A DNA stretch of 64,000 nt, taken from Gemmatimonas sp. GTDB taxonomy: Bacteria; Gemmatimonadota; Gemmatimonadetes; Gemmatimonadales; Gemmatimonadaceae. Below the pieces are notes generated by a model. It did no database searches, was not told where the DNA came from, and saw only the letters and a list, made by a program, of their open reading frames with translations. The DNA is taken from the NCBI GenBank assembly GCA_965279375.1, contig OZ257156.1:4032001-4096000 (forward strand), given 5' to 3'. Both the position numbers and the translations under genes were made by a program. Positions 40,794-55,198 of the stretch are shown here, piece after piece (positions within the stretch are counted from its first letter, which is position 1; each line of letters opens with the position of its first letter).

Positions 40794-42839
40794 ATGAAAT
40801 TTCAATGGACGCTGGGGCGGACTTTGCTTGGCTTGGCCGCTCTCGGCACGATCGGGACGCTCGTGGTTGCGGCGGTGGGTGGATTTGGACTGAACGGGTC
40901 GCGGATCGGGCTCAATGACCTGACCGTCAGCGCGCACGCGCAGCGCCTCCAGATGGATGCGGACATGATGCATGACGCGGTGCACGGCGACGTGCTCACC
41001 GCGGTGCTAGGCGTGGTCAAGAACGATCCCGCCATGGTCAAGGAAGCGCGAGACGGCTTCGAGGAACACGCGGATCGATTCCGTAAGGGGCTCGCCGAAG
41101 CACGCGAGATCACCTCCGGCGACCTGCGCGTGCGCATCGACTCCCTCAAAGCGCCCGTTGAGTCCTACCTGGTCGCCGGTTCCGGCGTGATGACGGCGGC
41201 ACTCGCGGGCGACACTAGCGCACTCTCAACGAGCAGCGCGGAGTTCAAGCGCTATTTCAGCTCGCTCGAAACCGATATGGAGAAGTTCGGGGATGCGATC
41301 GCCGAGAATGCGGCGCGCACCAACGCCGCGAACGATTCGCGTTTCACGTTGCTCGCGAGCGTGCTGTTGGGCGTGACGCTGTTGACCGCGGCGCTTGTCT
41401 TCTTCGTCGGGCAGCGGGTTGGTCGACGCATCGGCACATCCACGCGCGAACTGGTCGCGTCCGTTGAACATCTGCAGTCGAACGCTGTCGGCGCGCTGGG
41501 CGACGCGATGACACGCCTGGCTTCCGGCGACGTCCGCGATGACGTCCGCGCCGTGGCCTCGCCGGTTGCGGTCACAGGCAACGACGAACTCACGGATCTG
41601 GCCAAGGCGATCAATTCCATCGGCGCACGCACTATCGACACGGTGACGGCGCACGGTCAGGCAATGCATACGCTCCGCGCCATGCTCGCCGAAACGCAGC
41701 GCGTGGTCAACGCAGCACGACGTGGCGACCTGGCAGTGCAGGCAGCGGACAAAACGTTTCCGGGCGCGTACGGCGAACTGCTGCACGGCTTCAACGAAGC
41801 GCAGTCCGCCATGCGCAAGCCAGTCGAAGGCGCTTTGGAAGTGCTGGAAATGGCGGCCGACCACAACCTCTCTCGTCGCGTGTCCGGCGCCTACCTGGGC
41901 GACCATGCGCGACTCGCCAACGCGGTCAACCTCGCGATCGGCAACATCGCCACGGCGCTGCACGAGGTCGAAGTCGCCGCCGAGCAGATTGCAGGCGCGT
42001 CACACGAAGTGGCCGACGGCAGTCAGTCGCTGGCTGACGGCGCATCGTCGCAAGCCGCGTCGGTCGAGGAAATCACCGCGGCGGTTCAGGAGCAGGCGTC
42101 TGTCACTGCCCGTACCGCTGGACGCGCGCAGGAAGCGCGTGTTCTCACCGTGCAGGTCAGCGAGCGGATTCGCAGTGGCGCCACAGCTATGCGCGAACTG
42201 GACGTGGCCATGGAGCGCATGACGGATTCCGCCAAGAAGACAGCGCAGATCGTCAAGCGCATCGACGAAATCGCGTTCCAGACGAATCTGCTGGCGCTCA
42301 ACGCCGCCGTGGAAGCGGCGCGTGCCGGTGATGCGGGACGTGGCTTCGCGGTTGTTGCCGATGAAGTGCGGCAGTTGGCCATTCGCGCAGCGGAAGCCGC
42401 CCACGAGACGTCAATGCTGATCGAAGAGACCGTGATCACGACGCAGGAAAGCACGGATCTCACACGGCAGGTCGGCACGCATCTCGGCTCGGTAGAATCG
42501 GATGTGGCGCGCGTCGCAACGGTCGTCTCGGACATTGCCGCCGACTGCACACTCCAGCGTGATCAGATCAACGAAGTGTCGCGCGCCGTGGAGCAAGTCA
42601 GTCAGCTCACGCAGCGTGCCGCGGCCAACGCCGAGGAATCGGCGAGCGCATCGGAAGAGCTGAACGCACAGGCCTCCACGATGCGCGACCTGGTGCAGCA
42701 GTTCCAGGTGGACGCTGGATCAGGCGAGGCACGACAGCTGGCACGACGCGACCCACGTCGTCGGCCCCCACAGCACATCATCGACCAGCGCGCACCAGAC
42801 CCGTTGGACGAGAAGTGGGCGACGATCGTCAGCGTATAA
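40794..42839 (+). CDS. Methyl-accepting chemotaxis protein
   Basis: TM1, periplasmic helical sensor, TM2, HAMP regions, [34 protein letters not shown]. Confidence 0.95.
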   Translation: MKFQWTLGRTLLGLAALGTIGTLVVAAVGGFGLNGSRIGLNDLTVSAHAQRLQMDADMMHDAVHGDVLTAVLGVVKNDPAMVKEARDGFEEHADRFRKGLAEAREITSGDLRVRIDSLKAPVESYLVAGSGVMTAALAGDTSALSTSSAEFKRYFSSLETDMEKFGDAIAENAARTNAANDSRFTLLASVLLGVTLLTAALVFFVGQRVGRRIGTSTRELVASVEHLQSNAVGALGDAMTRLASGDVRDDVRAVASPVAVTGNDELTDLAKAINSIGARTIDTVTAHGQAMHTLRAMLAETQRVVNAARRGDLAVQAADKTFPGAYGELLHGFNEAQSAMRKPVEGALEVLEMAADHNLSRRVSGAYLGDHARLANAVNLAIGNIATALHEVEVAAEQIAGASHEVADGSQSLADGASSQAASVEEITAAVQEQASVTARTAGRAQEARVLTVQVSERIRSGATAMRELDVAMERMTDSAKKTAQIVKRIDEIAFQTNLLALNAAVEAARAGDAGRGFAVVADEVRQLAIRAAEAAHETSMLIEETVITTQESTDLTRQVGTHLGSVESDVARVATVVSDIAADCTLQRDQINEVSRAVEQVSQLTQRAAANAEESASASEELNAQASTMRDLVQQFQVDAGSGEARQLARRDPRRRPPQHIIDQRAPDPLDEKWATIVSV

Positions 42840-42845
42840 TCGCGT

Positions 42846-45026
42846 CTAGTCTTCTTCGGCGGTGAGTCGCTCTCGGCGGCTCACCGCGCTGATGCCCTTC
42901 ACGCGGCGCGCCGCCTTCATGATGCGCTCGAGATGGGCGAGGTTTTCCACCTCGACGAGCGCAGCGCCCGTGACGCGGCCATCGACAGTCTTGAGTTCGA
43001 GACTCTTGATGTCCGTGCCGGTCGCGCTGACGGCAGCGGCGACGTCGGCATAGAGCCCGCGACGATCGGTGCCGTCCATCGCGAGACGCACCACGAACCG
43101 CTCGCCCGCCATCTCGTGCCAGTCGATCTCGAGGCGGCGCTCGGGCTCGTGCACCAGCAGCAGCAGGTTAGGACAATCGCCGCGGTGAATGCTCACGCCA
43201 CGCCCGCGCGTGACGTAGCCGACGACATTGTCGCCAGGTACCGGCTGGCAGCACTGCGCATACCGCACGAGCAAGCCGTCGGCGCCCTGAATCTTGACGC
43301 CCTTTCCCGTGCCGCGCACACGATCGACGATGCGCTCGAGGGTGCTTGGCTTTTCGGGCTCGGCCGGTGCGGACTCCACCTGCGGGTAGATCGCCTTCAC
43401 CACCTGCATGACGTGCACTTCGCCCTGGCCGATCGCCGCCACGAGCTGATTGGCGTCCTTGAGCTTGAGCAGCTTGGCCACCGGCAGCAGCGCGTTGTCT
43501 TCGACCTTCGCGAGACGACGACGGCGTAGTTCGCGCTCGAGGATCTCGCGGCCAAGGCGCATCGCGCTCGACCGCTCTTCGAGGCGCAGGTACTGCCGGA
43601 TCTTGTGACGCGCGCGTCCTGTGCGCACATGCGCCAGCCAATCCCGGCTCGGCCGCGCATTCGGATTCGTCAGGATCTCGATCGTCTCGGAGTTCTTGAG
43701 CTCACGAGACAGCGGTGCGATGCGTCCGTTGATCTTTGCACCGGCACAACGCGCACCGACCTGCGTATGCACGGCAAATGCAAAGTCGATCGGCGTCGCA
43801 CCCTTGGGGAGCTGAATGACGTCGCCGGTAGGCGTGAAGACGAAGATCTCGTCCTGATACAGGTCGAGCTTGAGGAACTCCAGAAACTCGCCAGGAGTCT
43901 CGGCGTCGAGCTGTAGCTCGAGCACCTGACGGAACCACTGCAGCTGCCGATCAAGCTCGTCGGAGCTGCGGTTGGCCTCCTTGTACAGCCAGTGCGCCGC
44001 GATGCCGTAGTCGGCCGTGCGGTGCATGTCGCGCGTGCGGATCTGGATTTCGAACAGCTGTCGGCCGGGACCGAAGACCGTCGTGTGGAGCGACTGATAG
44101 CCGTTGGACTTGGGCTGCGCGATGTAGTCCTTGATCCGCTCCTGCACGGGCGTCCAGCCGTCGTGGATGACGCCGAGCGCGTGATAGCACTCGAGGACAT
44201 TGGGCACGATGACGCGGATCGCGAGGAGATCGTAGATGTCCTCGTAGGGCCGATCGCGCTGCTGCATCTTCTTGTTGATCGACCAGAGATGCTTGGGGCG
44301 GCCCGTGACTTCGACGTCGGCGATGCCGGCGTCGGTGAGTCGCTTCTCCAGCGGGTCCTTCATCTGCGAAATGAGCAGTTCGCGCTCGCCGCGCTTGGCG
44401 GCGACCAGCTTGGCCAGCGACTTGTAGGCCTCGGGTTCGAGGTGCTTGAAGGCGAGGTCTTCGAGCTCCCAGCGGACCTTGGCCATACCGAAGCGGTGGG
44501 CCAGCGGCGCATAGAGATCGCGCGTTTCCTGCGCAATACGGCGGCGCTTCTCCGGCGCCAGCCAATCGAGCGTGCGCATGTTGTGCAGCCGGTCCGCGAG
44601 CTTGATCAGGATGACGCGCGCGTCCTTGGCGATCGACAGCAGCAGCTTGCGATAGTTCTCGACCTGACGTTCTTCGCGCGACGACAGCGGCAGATTGGCG
44701 ATCTTGGTGAGCCCATCGACGATCTGTGCGATCTCGGTACCGAACTCGCGCTCGATATCCTCGATCGTGATGTCGGTGTCTTCGACGATGTCGTGGAGCA
44801 GGCCGCTGGTGACCGTGGTGGTGTCCAGCTGCAGGTCGGCGAGAATGCGCGCGACCTCGATGCAGTGGGACACATACGGCTCGCCGGAGTGGCGCACCTG
44901 CCCCGCGTGCGCCGCCTCGGAGAACTTGTAGGCCCGCACGAGCAATTCGTGGTCGAGCCGGTCGTAGGCGCCGTCGGCGCCCGTTCCGAACCCAGGGATT
45001 GCTTCGTGAAGCGCGATCATCGTCAC
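42846..45026 (-). CDS. relA: Bifunctional (p)ppGpp synthetase/hydrolase
   Basis: HAGQVRHSGEPY, LHDIVED, IKLADRLHNMRT, PKSNGYQSLHT, EIQIRT, TGS and ACT domains. Confidence 0.96.
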   Translation of the reverse strand: MTMIALHEAIPGFGTGADGAYDRLDHELLVRAYKFSEAAHAGQVRHSGEPYVSHCIEVARILADLQLDTTTVTSGLLHDIVEDTDITIEDIEREFGTEIAQIVDGLTKIANLPLSSREERQVENYRKLLLSIAKDARVILIKLADRLHNMRTLDWLAPEKRRRIAQETRDLYAPLAHRFGMAKVRWELEDLAFKHLEPEAYKSLAKLVAAKRGERELLISQMKDPLEKRLTDAGIADVEVTGRPKHLWSINKKMQQRDRPYEDIYDLLAIRVIVPNVLECYHALGVIHDGWTPVQERIKDYIAQPKSNGYQSLHTTVFGPGRQLFEIQIRTRDMHRTADYGIAAHWLYKEANRSSDELDRQLQWFRQVLELQLDAETPGEFLEFLKLDLYQDEIFVFTPTGDVIQLPKGATPIDFAFAVHTQVGARCAGAKINGRIAPLSRELKNSETIEILTNPNARPSRDWLAHVRTGRARHKIRQYLRLEERSSAMRLGREILERELRRRRLAKVEDNALLPVAKLLKLKDANQLVAAIGQGEVHVMQVVKAIYPQVESAPAEPEKPSTLERIVDRVRGTGKGVKIQGADGLLVRYAQCCQPVPGDNVVGYVTRGRGVSIHRGDCPNLLLLVHEPERRLEIDWHEMAGERFVVRLAMDGTDRRGLYADVAAAVSATGTDIKSLELKTVDGRVTGAALVEVENLAHLERIMKAARRVKGISAVSRRERLTAEED

Positions 45027-45736
45027 AGCAGCCCAGCCTCCGCAAAACTCACGTAACGCCCGCGGCCCACGATGATGTGGTCATGCACGGGGATATCCAG
45101 CAAACGTCCGGCTGCCACCAACTGCTCCGTCACTGCGCGATCTTCGGCCGACGGCGTCGGATCACCACTCGGATGATTGTGCACCAGTATCACTGCGGCC
45201 GCGCGTTCTGCGATCGCCTCGCGGAACACTTCCCGCGGATGTACCAGCGACGAGTTGAGCAGCCCGCGCGTGATCAACACATCCCGCTCCAACCGATGCT
45301 GCGCGTCGAGAATCGCGACATGGAACTCCTCCACCGGCAGCTCCTGCAGCCTCGGCGCGAACGCCGCCGCGACGTCTCGTGGACCGCGCAGTGGCACCCC
45401 AGCCTCGCGGGCCTCCGCCGCCATTCGTCGCCCCAGTTCCAACGCCGCCTGCACCGCCGCTGCACGCGCCACACCAACTCCCTGTACCCGTTGCAACGCT
45501 GCCTGTGGCATGGCCACCAAACGCCCCAACGATCCACCCGCCTGATCGAGCACATCGCCCGCACAGGCCAGCGCGGATCGCCCTGCCCCGCCCGTCCCCA
45601 GCACGGTGGCGATCAACTCGATGGTGCTCAATGCCTGCGCCCCGAGCGAACGCATCCGCTCTCGCGGACGCTCCGTCTGCGGCAGCTCTCGAATAGTTAG
45701 TGTGCGCCGTGAAGGCTGGCTAGCGGGGTGAGACAC
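45023..45736 (-). CDS. radC: RadC/JAB-domain protein
   Basis: ERPRER, HhH GVG, VHPREVF, HNHPSGDPTPSAED; start approximate. Confidence 0.93.
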   Translation of the reverse strand: MSHPASQPSRRTLTIRELPQTERPRERMRSLGAQALSTIELIATVLGTGGAGRSALACAGDVLDQAGGSLGRLVAMPQAALQRVQGVGVARAAAVQAALELGRRMAAEAREAGVPLRGPRDVAAAFAPRLQELPVEEFHVAILDAQHRLERDVLITRGLLNSSLVHPREVFREAIAERAAAVILVHNHPSGDPTPSAEDRAVTEQLVAAGRLLDIPVHDHIIVGRGRYVSFAEAGLL

Positions 45737-45905
45737 GGAGACGCTCCGCCGAATCGCCGCAACGCTGCGGCCGGTAGGGGGTGGGCCGCAGACTCTCGGC
45801 CGCCGTAGCATCGCGCGAGGCCCCCATCGGACGCGTACCCATTGCACGCAGACGCGCTCGAAAGTCGTCGCCAAACTCCTCGCTCGAACTCTGTCGCCTG
45901 CAACG

Positions 45906-45933
45906 CAAAAGGGCCGACGCTTGGTCGGCCCTT
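45906..45933 (-). terminator. Intrinsic terminator after secA
   Basis: Minus strand AAGGGCCGAC-caagc-GTCGGCCCTTTTG. Confidence 0.8.
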
Positions 45934-45972
45934 CTGGATCAGCACGCTCGTGGCGAATACTCGGGCCGTTCC

Positions 45973-49281
<3,309 letters not shown>

Positions 49282-49386
49282 ACCACCCTCGATGTCGTAG
49301 GAAGCCGGCGCGACCAGATCCGTCCAAGCGGGACCTGTGTCGGAACCGGCATCGGAGGCGCCGGCGCCGGTCCGCCCGTCGCGCAC

Positions 49387-50040
49387 CTACGCGCGCACAG
49401 AAGCGTCCTCGACCCGCGGTGCCCTGCCGTACAATCCGTTTGCCGCGATATAGGTCTCGACGGTGGGAGGAACGAATCCCCGCAACGAAAGACCAGCCCG
49501 CACTCGTGCTCTGATTTCGGTGGAGGACACATCAACGCGCCGTGTCGCCAATCTGGGCGCCGCCGCGATGGCCGTCCCTACCGGTGTCGCGGCATCGACG
49601 TCCAACACCGAACCGGCACCACTCGCATCCTCCGACCGTCGGAGCACCACGAGCTGCGCCATGTCCAGCAACCGCTCCGGCTCTCGCCAGCGCGGCAACG
49701 TTGCGACGACGTCCGCTCCCACCAACAGGGAGAGCGTCGCGGCCGGCCAACGCCGACGCAACGCCTCCACCGTGTCAACCATGAATGATAAACCGCCTCG
49801 TGCGATTTCCATGGGGTCAACCTCGATCCCAGTCACGCCATCGAAACAGCGTGTCACCATCGCGAGGCGGTGCTCCGCCGGTGTCTGACCGTCACGCTTG
49901 AGCGGCTGGGTGGCTGCTGGAATGACCAGCAAGAGGTCCAACCCGAGCGCCTCGCGCGCGTCCTGCGCCACAAGCAGATGTCCAACGTGTGGCGGATCGA
50001 AGCTCCCACCGAAGATGCCGACGCTACGTGGCATAGGCAT
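49387..50040 (-). CDS. nadD: Nicotinate-nucleotide adenylyltransferase
   Basis: GIFGGSFDPPHVGH, GAD..LPRW, VSSTEIR. Confidence 0.95.
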   Translation of the reverse strand: MPMPRSVGIFGGSFDPPHVGHLLVAQDAREALGLDLLLVIPAATQPLKRDGQTPAEHRLAMVTRCFDGVTGIEVDPMEIARGGLSFMVDTVEALRRRWPAATLSLLVGADVVATLPRWREPERLLDMAQLVVLRRSEDASGAGSVLDVDAATPVGTAIAAAPRLATRRVDVSSTEIRARVRAGLSLRGFVPPTVETYIAANGLYGRAPRVEDASVRA

Positions 50041-50066
50041 GGGAGAGCCGGTCGCGGCGGACGCGG

Positions 50067-50909
50067 TCAGCGCGGTCCGGGGCGCGCGTACCCCTCTGCG
50101 GACGGCAGGTCGCCGTTGACCTTCTTGACCTCGGTCGCGGTCGAATCGGCTGGCGCCGTCCCGCAGGCGAGCTTGACCTCGGCGTCGGCCGGATAGGCCC
50201 GCCACATCGCCGTGCACGTCTCGGCGGCGTCGTCCTTCCAGCGGATCTTGGCGTACAGCTCGTGCAGCCGGAGCCACGCCAGTCGCGCGGACTTCGTGCG
50301 CGGGTACGTCGTGACGACGTCCTTGAAGTAGATGATCGCCGGATCGACGGCCTTGCGGACGCGCACGTAGTGCATGCCCGTGTCGTAATCCTTCTGCGCC
50401 AGCCACTCCTCGATCACTTCGATGCGCGTCTTCGCCTCGGCCGTCTCCTTCGCGTCCGGATAGGACGAGAGGAGCGCGCGCAGAATAGACGCCGCCTTGG
50501 TGCCATTTTCCGGATCGAGCGACGGATTATGCCACAGCTTCTGGTAGCTGCGCCCGACGCCCAGCATGGCCGTCGGCGCCAGCGTGTCGTCCGGGAATCC
50601 GTCGGTCACGCGCTCGAACGACTGCGCGGCGAGCAGGAACTCCGAGCGCTGTTCGTGGGTGAGCGCGAGGTAGAAATACGCCGGCGCCAGCAACGGATCG
50701 CGGGCGGACAGATCGGTCGTCAGCCGCTCGAAGCCCAGCTGGGCGTTGTCCCAATGCTTGCGCTGATACTCCAGCAGCGAGGCGCGGAACAGCGCTTCCG
50801 GGTTGGGGAAGTTGCGCGGCTGAAAGCCGGGCGTGCAGCCGACCAACGCGACGGCCACGCCCAGCATCAGCAGAACCTGCCAGTCTACGCGAAAAGATTT
50901 GGGCTTCAT
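50067..50909 (-). CDS. bamD: Outer membrane protein assembly lipoprotein BamD
   Basis: Lipobox LVGC, TPR repeats, LAQKDY..G.HY..AIIYF.DV...YP.T. Confidence 0.82.
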   Translation of the reverse strand: MKPKSFRVDWQVLLMLGVAVALVGCTPGFQPRNFPNPEALFRASLLEYQRKHWDNAQLGFERLTTDLSARDPLLAPAYFYLALTHEQRSEFLLAAQSFERVTDGFPDDTLAPTAMLGVGRSYQKLWHNPSLDPENGTKAASILRALLSSYPDAKETAEAKTRIEVIEEWLAQKDYDTGMHYVRVRKAVDPAIIYFKDVVTTYPRTKSARLAWLRLHELYAKIRWKDDAAETCTAMWRAYPADAEVKLACGTAPADSTATEVKKVNGDLPSAEGYARPGPR

Positions 50910-50970
50910 GCGCGAACTGGTACCCAGAGCAAGAGACACAGATCCTTGGCGCAAACGGTAAAACTTCCGA

Positions 50971-52314
50971 TCATGCAGTCCGCCGGTCGGCGGCACCACC
51001 GTACGAGGCCAGTCCCACCACGCGCGCGCGCGCCGGCGTGGTCGCCGCCATCACGTTACGCGTATCCACCACGAGCGAGGCCACGTTGGCCACGTGCTGG
51101 TAATCGACGGCCTTGTGGTCGGTGATGACCACGACGGCGTCGGCCCAGCGCAGCATGTCATCCGACAGCTCGACGCTCTTCCGGACGTGGTTCTCCTCGC
51201 GGAACTCGGCCACGAACGGGTCGTGGAACTCGACATGGGCTCCGCGGTCTTCCAGGAGACGGATCACGTCCAGCGCCGGGCTCTCGCGAACATCGTCGAT
51301 ATCCCGCTTGTAGGCAACGCCGAGCACGAGAATACGGCTGCCGCGCACCGCCTTGCTTAGCTCGTTCAGCGCCCACGACACCTTCTCCACCACCCAATCC
51401 GGCATGTGGGAGTTGATCTCGCTGGCCAGGTCGATGAAGCGCGTCTTGTAATTCAGCGTACGCATCTTCCACGCGAGGTAGTGCGGGTCGAGCGGAATGC
51501 AGTGGCCGCCGATGCCAGGGCCCGGAGTGAACTTCATGAAGCCGAACGGTTTGGTCGCAGCCGCGTTGATCACTTCCCAGACGTTCACACCCAGTTTGTC
51601 ACACATGATGGCGATTTCGTTCACGAGGCCGATGTTCACGGCGCGGAACGTGTTCTCCAGCAGCTTGACCAGCTCGGCCGCCTCAGGCGACGTCACCGGG
51701 ACGACCGTGTCGATGCAGCTCGCGTAGAGCGCGCAGGCGACTTCGACACAGTCCGGCGTGATACCGCCAACCACCTTCGGCGTGTTCTTGGTGTGGAAAA
51801 CGGGATTACCCGGGTCCACGCGCTCGGGACTGAAGGCCACGAACACGTCGCGCCCCACCACGAGACCCATCGCCTCCAGACGCGGCTGCAGCAGCTCGCG
51901 CGTGGTGCCCGGGTACGTGGTGCTCTCGAGCACGACGCAGATACCCGGGTGCGCCTGGCGCGCGATCGCGTCTGCGGCGGAAAGCACATACGACATGTCC
52001 GGATCGCGCGTCTTCGACAGCGGCGTGGGCACGGCGATGGAGATGGCGTCGCACTCCTTGAGGCGAGCCTCGACGGTCGTCGCGACAAACGAGCCCGACG
52101 TCACGGCGGCGCGCACATCCGCAGCCGGAACGTCCTGAATGTGCGACTCGCCTGACATGAGGAGGTCGATCACACGCTGGCTGACGTCGTATCCGATGAC
52201 GCGGAACCCCGCGCGAACGAACTCCATCACGAGCGGCAGCCCGACGTAGCCGAGGCCGACCACGCCGACGACCGCCGAGCGGCCCTCGATCTTTTCAAGT
52301 AGTTGCGTTTTCAT
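50971..52314 (-). CDS. UDP-N-acetylhexosamine 6-dehydrogenase (WbpA-like)
   Basis: GLGYVGLP, VPTP, LESTTYPGTT, SPERVDPG, GPGIGGHCIP. Confidence 0.9.
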   Translation of the reverse strand: MKTQLLEKIEGRSAVVGVVGLGYVGLPLVMEFVRAGFRVIGYDVSQRVIDLLMSGESHIQDVPAADVRAAVTSGSFVATTVEARLKECDAISIAVPTPLSKTRDPDMSYVLSAADAIARQAHPGICVVLESTTYPGTTRELLQPRLEAMGLVVGRDVFVAFSPERVDPGNPVFHTKNTPKVVGGITPDCVEVACALYASCIDTVVPVTSPEAAELVKLLENTFRAVNIGLVNEIAIMCDKLGVNVWEVINAAATKPFGFMKFTPGPGIGGHCIPLDPHYLAWKMRTLNYKTRFIDLASEINSHMPDWVVEKVSWALNELSKAVRGSRILVLGVAYKRDIDDVRESPALDVIRLLEDRGAHVEFHDPFVAEFREENHVRKSVELSDDMLRWADAVVVITDHKAVDYQHVANVASLVVDTRNVMAATTPARARVVGLASYGGAADRRTA

Positions 52315-52342
52315 TGCTCGGGGTGACACGGTGAGAAACGGT

Positions 52343-53455
52343 TCAGCGTCCGAAGAACTGGCGGACCGCGGCGACCACCTCGTCGCGCTGCGCTCCGGTC
52401 AATTCCGGAAAGACGGGGAGCGACAGCACTTCCTGAGACGCTCGCTCGGCTTCGGGAAACTGCCCTTCGGAATAGCCAAGGTAGGCAAAGCAGGCTTGCA
52501 GGTGCAGCGAAAGCGGATAGTACACCGCATTGCCGATCCCGCCCGCCTTGAGAAAAGACTGCAAGGCGGCCCGGTCCGTCACGCGAATGGTGTACTGGTT
52601 GTAGATCGACGTATTAGCCGGGTCGATGTACGGCGTCACGATCCCCGGGATGTCCGCGAAGGCGGCGTCGTAGAAGGCCGCGTTCGCCCGCCGCGCCGCG
52701 CTCCAGGACTCCAGGTGCGGCAGCTTGGCCAGGAGAACCGCCGCCTGCAGCGTGTCCAGGCGGCTGTTGTAGCCCACCATCTCGTGGTAGTACGTCTTCC
52801 GACTGCCGTGCGTGCGCAGCTTCATCAGCGTGTCGAACAGCGCTTCGTCCTGCGTGACCATCATGCCGCCGTCGCCGTACCCGCCAAGATTCTTGGACGG
52901 GAAGAAGCTGAACGTGCCGATGGCGGACGCCTCACCGGCCATGACCTTCTTGCCGTCGATCACGCGACTGGCGCCGATGGTCTGGGCCGCGTCTTCGATC
53001 ACGGGTATGCCGCCTGCCGCCGCGACAACCTGCTCGATGGCGGCCATCTGGCCAAACAGGTCCACCGCGATCACGGCCTTGGTGCGCGGCGTGATCGCCG
53101 CCGCCACCTTGCTCGGGTCGATGTTGAAGGTGCGCGGATCGATGTCCACGAACACCGGACGCGCGCCGACGTTATGAATCGCGCCGGCCGTCGCAAAGAA
53201 CGTGAAGGGCGTGGTGACGACTTCGTCGCCTTGGCCGACGCCGAGTGCCCGCAGGGCGATCAGGATCGCGTCGGTTCCGTTGGCGCAGCCCACCGCGAAG
53301 CGCGTCTGCGACAATCCCGCGACGGCGCATTCGAGTTCACCAACGGGCTCGCCGAGAATGAAATTCTGCTGGTCAACAACCGCCATGACCGACGCGACAA
53401 CGCTGTCGCGGATGGTGGCGTGTTGCGCCTTGAGATCTAAGAGAGGGACAGCCAT
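52343..53455 (-). CDS. DegT/DnrJ aminotransferase (WbpE-like)
   Basis: ANGTDA, EDAAQ, SFFPSKNLGGYGDGG, GYNSRLD. Confidence 0.92.
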   Translation of the reverse strand: MAVPLLDLKAQHATIRDSVVASVMAVVDQQNFILGEPVGELECAVAGLSQTRFAVGCANGTDAILIALRALGVGQGDEVVTTPFTFFATAGAIHNVGARPVFVDIDPRTFNIDPSKVAAAITPRTKAVIAVDLFGQMAAIEQVVAAAGGIPVIEDAAQTIGASRVIDGKKVMAGEASAIGTFSFFPSKNLGGYGDGGMMVTQDEALFDTLMKLRTHGSRKTYYHEMVGYNSRLDTLQAAVLLAKLPHLESWSAARRANAAFYDAAFADIPGIVTPYIDPANTSIYNQYTIRVTDRAALQSFLKAGGIGNAVYYPLSLHLQACFAYLGYSEGQFPEAERASQEVLSLPVFPELTGAQRDEVVAAVRQFFGR

Positions 53456-53472
53456 AGGAGTGGGTGCCTGAG

Positions 53473-54534
53473 TCAGACGCTGACGCGTAGTGGCAACGGC
53501 ACATCGCGTCCGGTCTTCGCGGACTCGTAAATGCCGAGGATCAGTTCAAGCGACTTCCGACCGGCGCGACCGTCCGTATCGGGGCGCGCCTCCCCGTGCA
53601 GCACGGCGGCCACGTTGCGGTAGTACGCCTCGTGTCCGAATCCGTACACCGTCGGCGGATTGGTGCTCGCGACGTCGATCTGCTTGTCGTCGTCGTCGTA
53701 GTCCGCAAACGTCCAATGCTCGACCTTGTTCACGGCCGTGCCACCGATCTTCACAGTGCCCTTTTCGCCCAGCACCGTGATCGAGCCTTCGAGGTTCTTC
53801 GGGAAGGTCAGCATGCTGACCTCGATCGTGCCAATGGCGCCCGAGCGAAACTTGAGAATGGCGACGCCGCTGTCTTCGGCTTCGATGCGACGTGCCATCG
53901 TGGCGGTCTTGGCCATCACGCTTTCGACGGGGCCGATGAGCCACTGAATCAGGTCCACGTAATGCGAGGCCTGATTCATGAAGGCGCCGCCGTCGAACTC
54001 CCACGTGCCGCGCCACGGCGCCTGATCGTAGTACTCCTGCGGTCGCTGCCAGCGCACAGTGCAGTTAGCCATGTAGATGCGACCAAAACGCCCGCGATCG
54101 ATCGCGCGCTTGAGCAGCTGAATCGCCGGGTTGAGACGGTTCTGCTTCACCACGAACAGATGCACACGGTTTTCGTCGCACGCCTGCACGAGGGCATCAG
54201 CGGCCGCGAGCGAAATGCCCATCGGCTTCTCGGAGATGACGTGGCGCCCCGCGTTGGCCGCGAGAATGCCATGCTGCGGGTGCAACCCCGAGGGTGTCGC
54301 GATCACGATCGCGTCGGAAGGGACCTGCGCCAACATCGCGTCGTAGCTGGTGAACCACGGCACGCCGTTCGCTTCGCCGGCTTCCCGTGCGCGCGACTCG
54401 ACGATGTCGCACACGGCCACGAGCCGGAGCGCGTCGATCTTGGCGATGGCGTCGAAGTGGTTCTTGCTGATGCGCCCGCAACCCACGAGCGCAATCCGAA
54501 TCGGCTGCCCCTCGGGCACGACACCCTGCATCAT
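53473..54534 (-). CDS. Gfo/Idh/MocA oxidoreductase (WbpB/WlbA-like 3-dehydrogenase)
   Basis: [35 protein letters not shown]. Confidence 0.9.
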   Translation of the reverse strand: MMQGVVPEGQPIRIALVGCGRISKNHFDAIAKIDALRLVAVCDIVESRAREAGEANGVPWFTSYDAMLAQVPSDAIVIATPSGLHPQHGILAANAGRHVISEKPMGISLAAADALVQACDENRVHLFVVKQNRLNPAIQLLKRAIDRGRFGRIYMANCTVRWQRPQEYYDQAPWRGTWEFDGGAFMNQASHYVDLIQWLIGPVESVMAKTATMARRIEAEDSGVAILKFRSGAIGTIEVSMLTFPKNLEGSITVLGEKGTVKIGGTAVNKVEHWTFADYDDDDKQIDVASTNPPTVYGFGHEAYYRNVAAVLHGEARPDTDGRAGRKSLELILGIYESAKTGRDVPLPLRVSV

Positions 54535-55184
54535 CCCTGCTCCTGGACGCGAGTCACGACAGTGCCGGTACGTTCGTACAACGCACCGGTTCCCGGGCAG
54601 CGTAGCTTCTCTTCGACGCCAGCGCCCAACGAGACACTCAGCGTTTCCATGCGGAACCCGGCTTCGGACATCCACCCGATGCGCTTGGCCGGCACGCCGG
54701 CCATCAGCGCGTAGTCCGGTACGTCGCGGTTGACCACCGCCCCCGCACCAATGAACGCATACGAGCCGATGGTCGCCCCGCACACGATCGTCGCGTTGGC
54801 GCCGATGCTGGCGCCGCGACGCACGAGCGTGCGACGATACTCGTCCTTGCGCGAGACGGCACTGCGCGGATTGAAGACGTTGGTGAACACCATGGACGGC
54901 CCGCAGAACACATCATCTTCCAGCTCGACGCCTTCGTAGACGGAGACGTTGTTCTGGATCTTCACGTTGTTGCCGATGGCGACGTTGTTCATCACGACGA
55001 CGTTCTGCCCGAGCGAGCAACGCTCACCGATGGTGGCGCCGCCCATGACGTGACAGAAATGCCAAATGCGCGTGCCATCCCCGATGCGGGCGCCGTCGTC
55101 GACGTACGCCGACTCGTGCACCAGTGCGCCATGTCCGAGCGACACCTCCGCTCCGACGTGCCCGAGTCCGGGCAGTCCGATCAT
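54531..55184 (-). CDS. Hexapeptide N-acetyltransferase (WbpD/WlbB-like)
   Basis: [42 protein letters not shown]. Confidence 0.92.
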   Translation of the reverse strand: MIGLPGLGHVGAEVSLGHGALVHESAYVDDGARIGDGTRIWHFCHVMGGATIGERCSLGQNVVVMNNVAIGNNVKIQNNVSVYEGVELEDDVFCGPSMVFTNVFNPRSAVSRKDEYRRTLVRRGASIGANATIVCGATIGSYAFIGAGAVVNRDVPDYALMAGVPAKRIGWMSEAGFRMETLSVSLGAGVEEKLRCPGTGALYERTGTVVTRVQEQG

Positions 55185-55198
55185 CGAGGTGCCGTGGC

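Noticed and set aside
45023..45736. radC as a marker of a mobile element
   Set aside because: Full-length chromosomal type coupled to relA; no integrase, transposase or att-like repeats nearby.
52343..54534. GnnA/GnnB pair for diaminoglucose lipid A
   Set aside because: Same families, but the flanking 6-dehydrogenase and WbpD-like acetyltransferase, and the absence of lpxA/lpxB, favour the UDP-GlcNAc3NAcA pathway.
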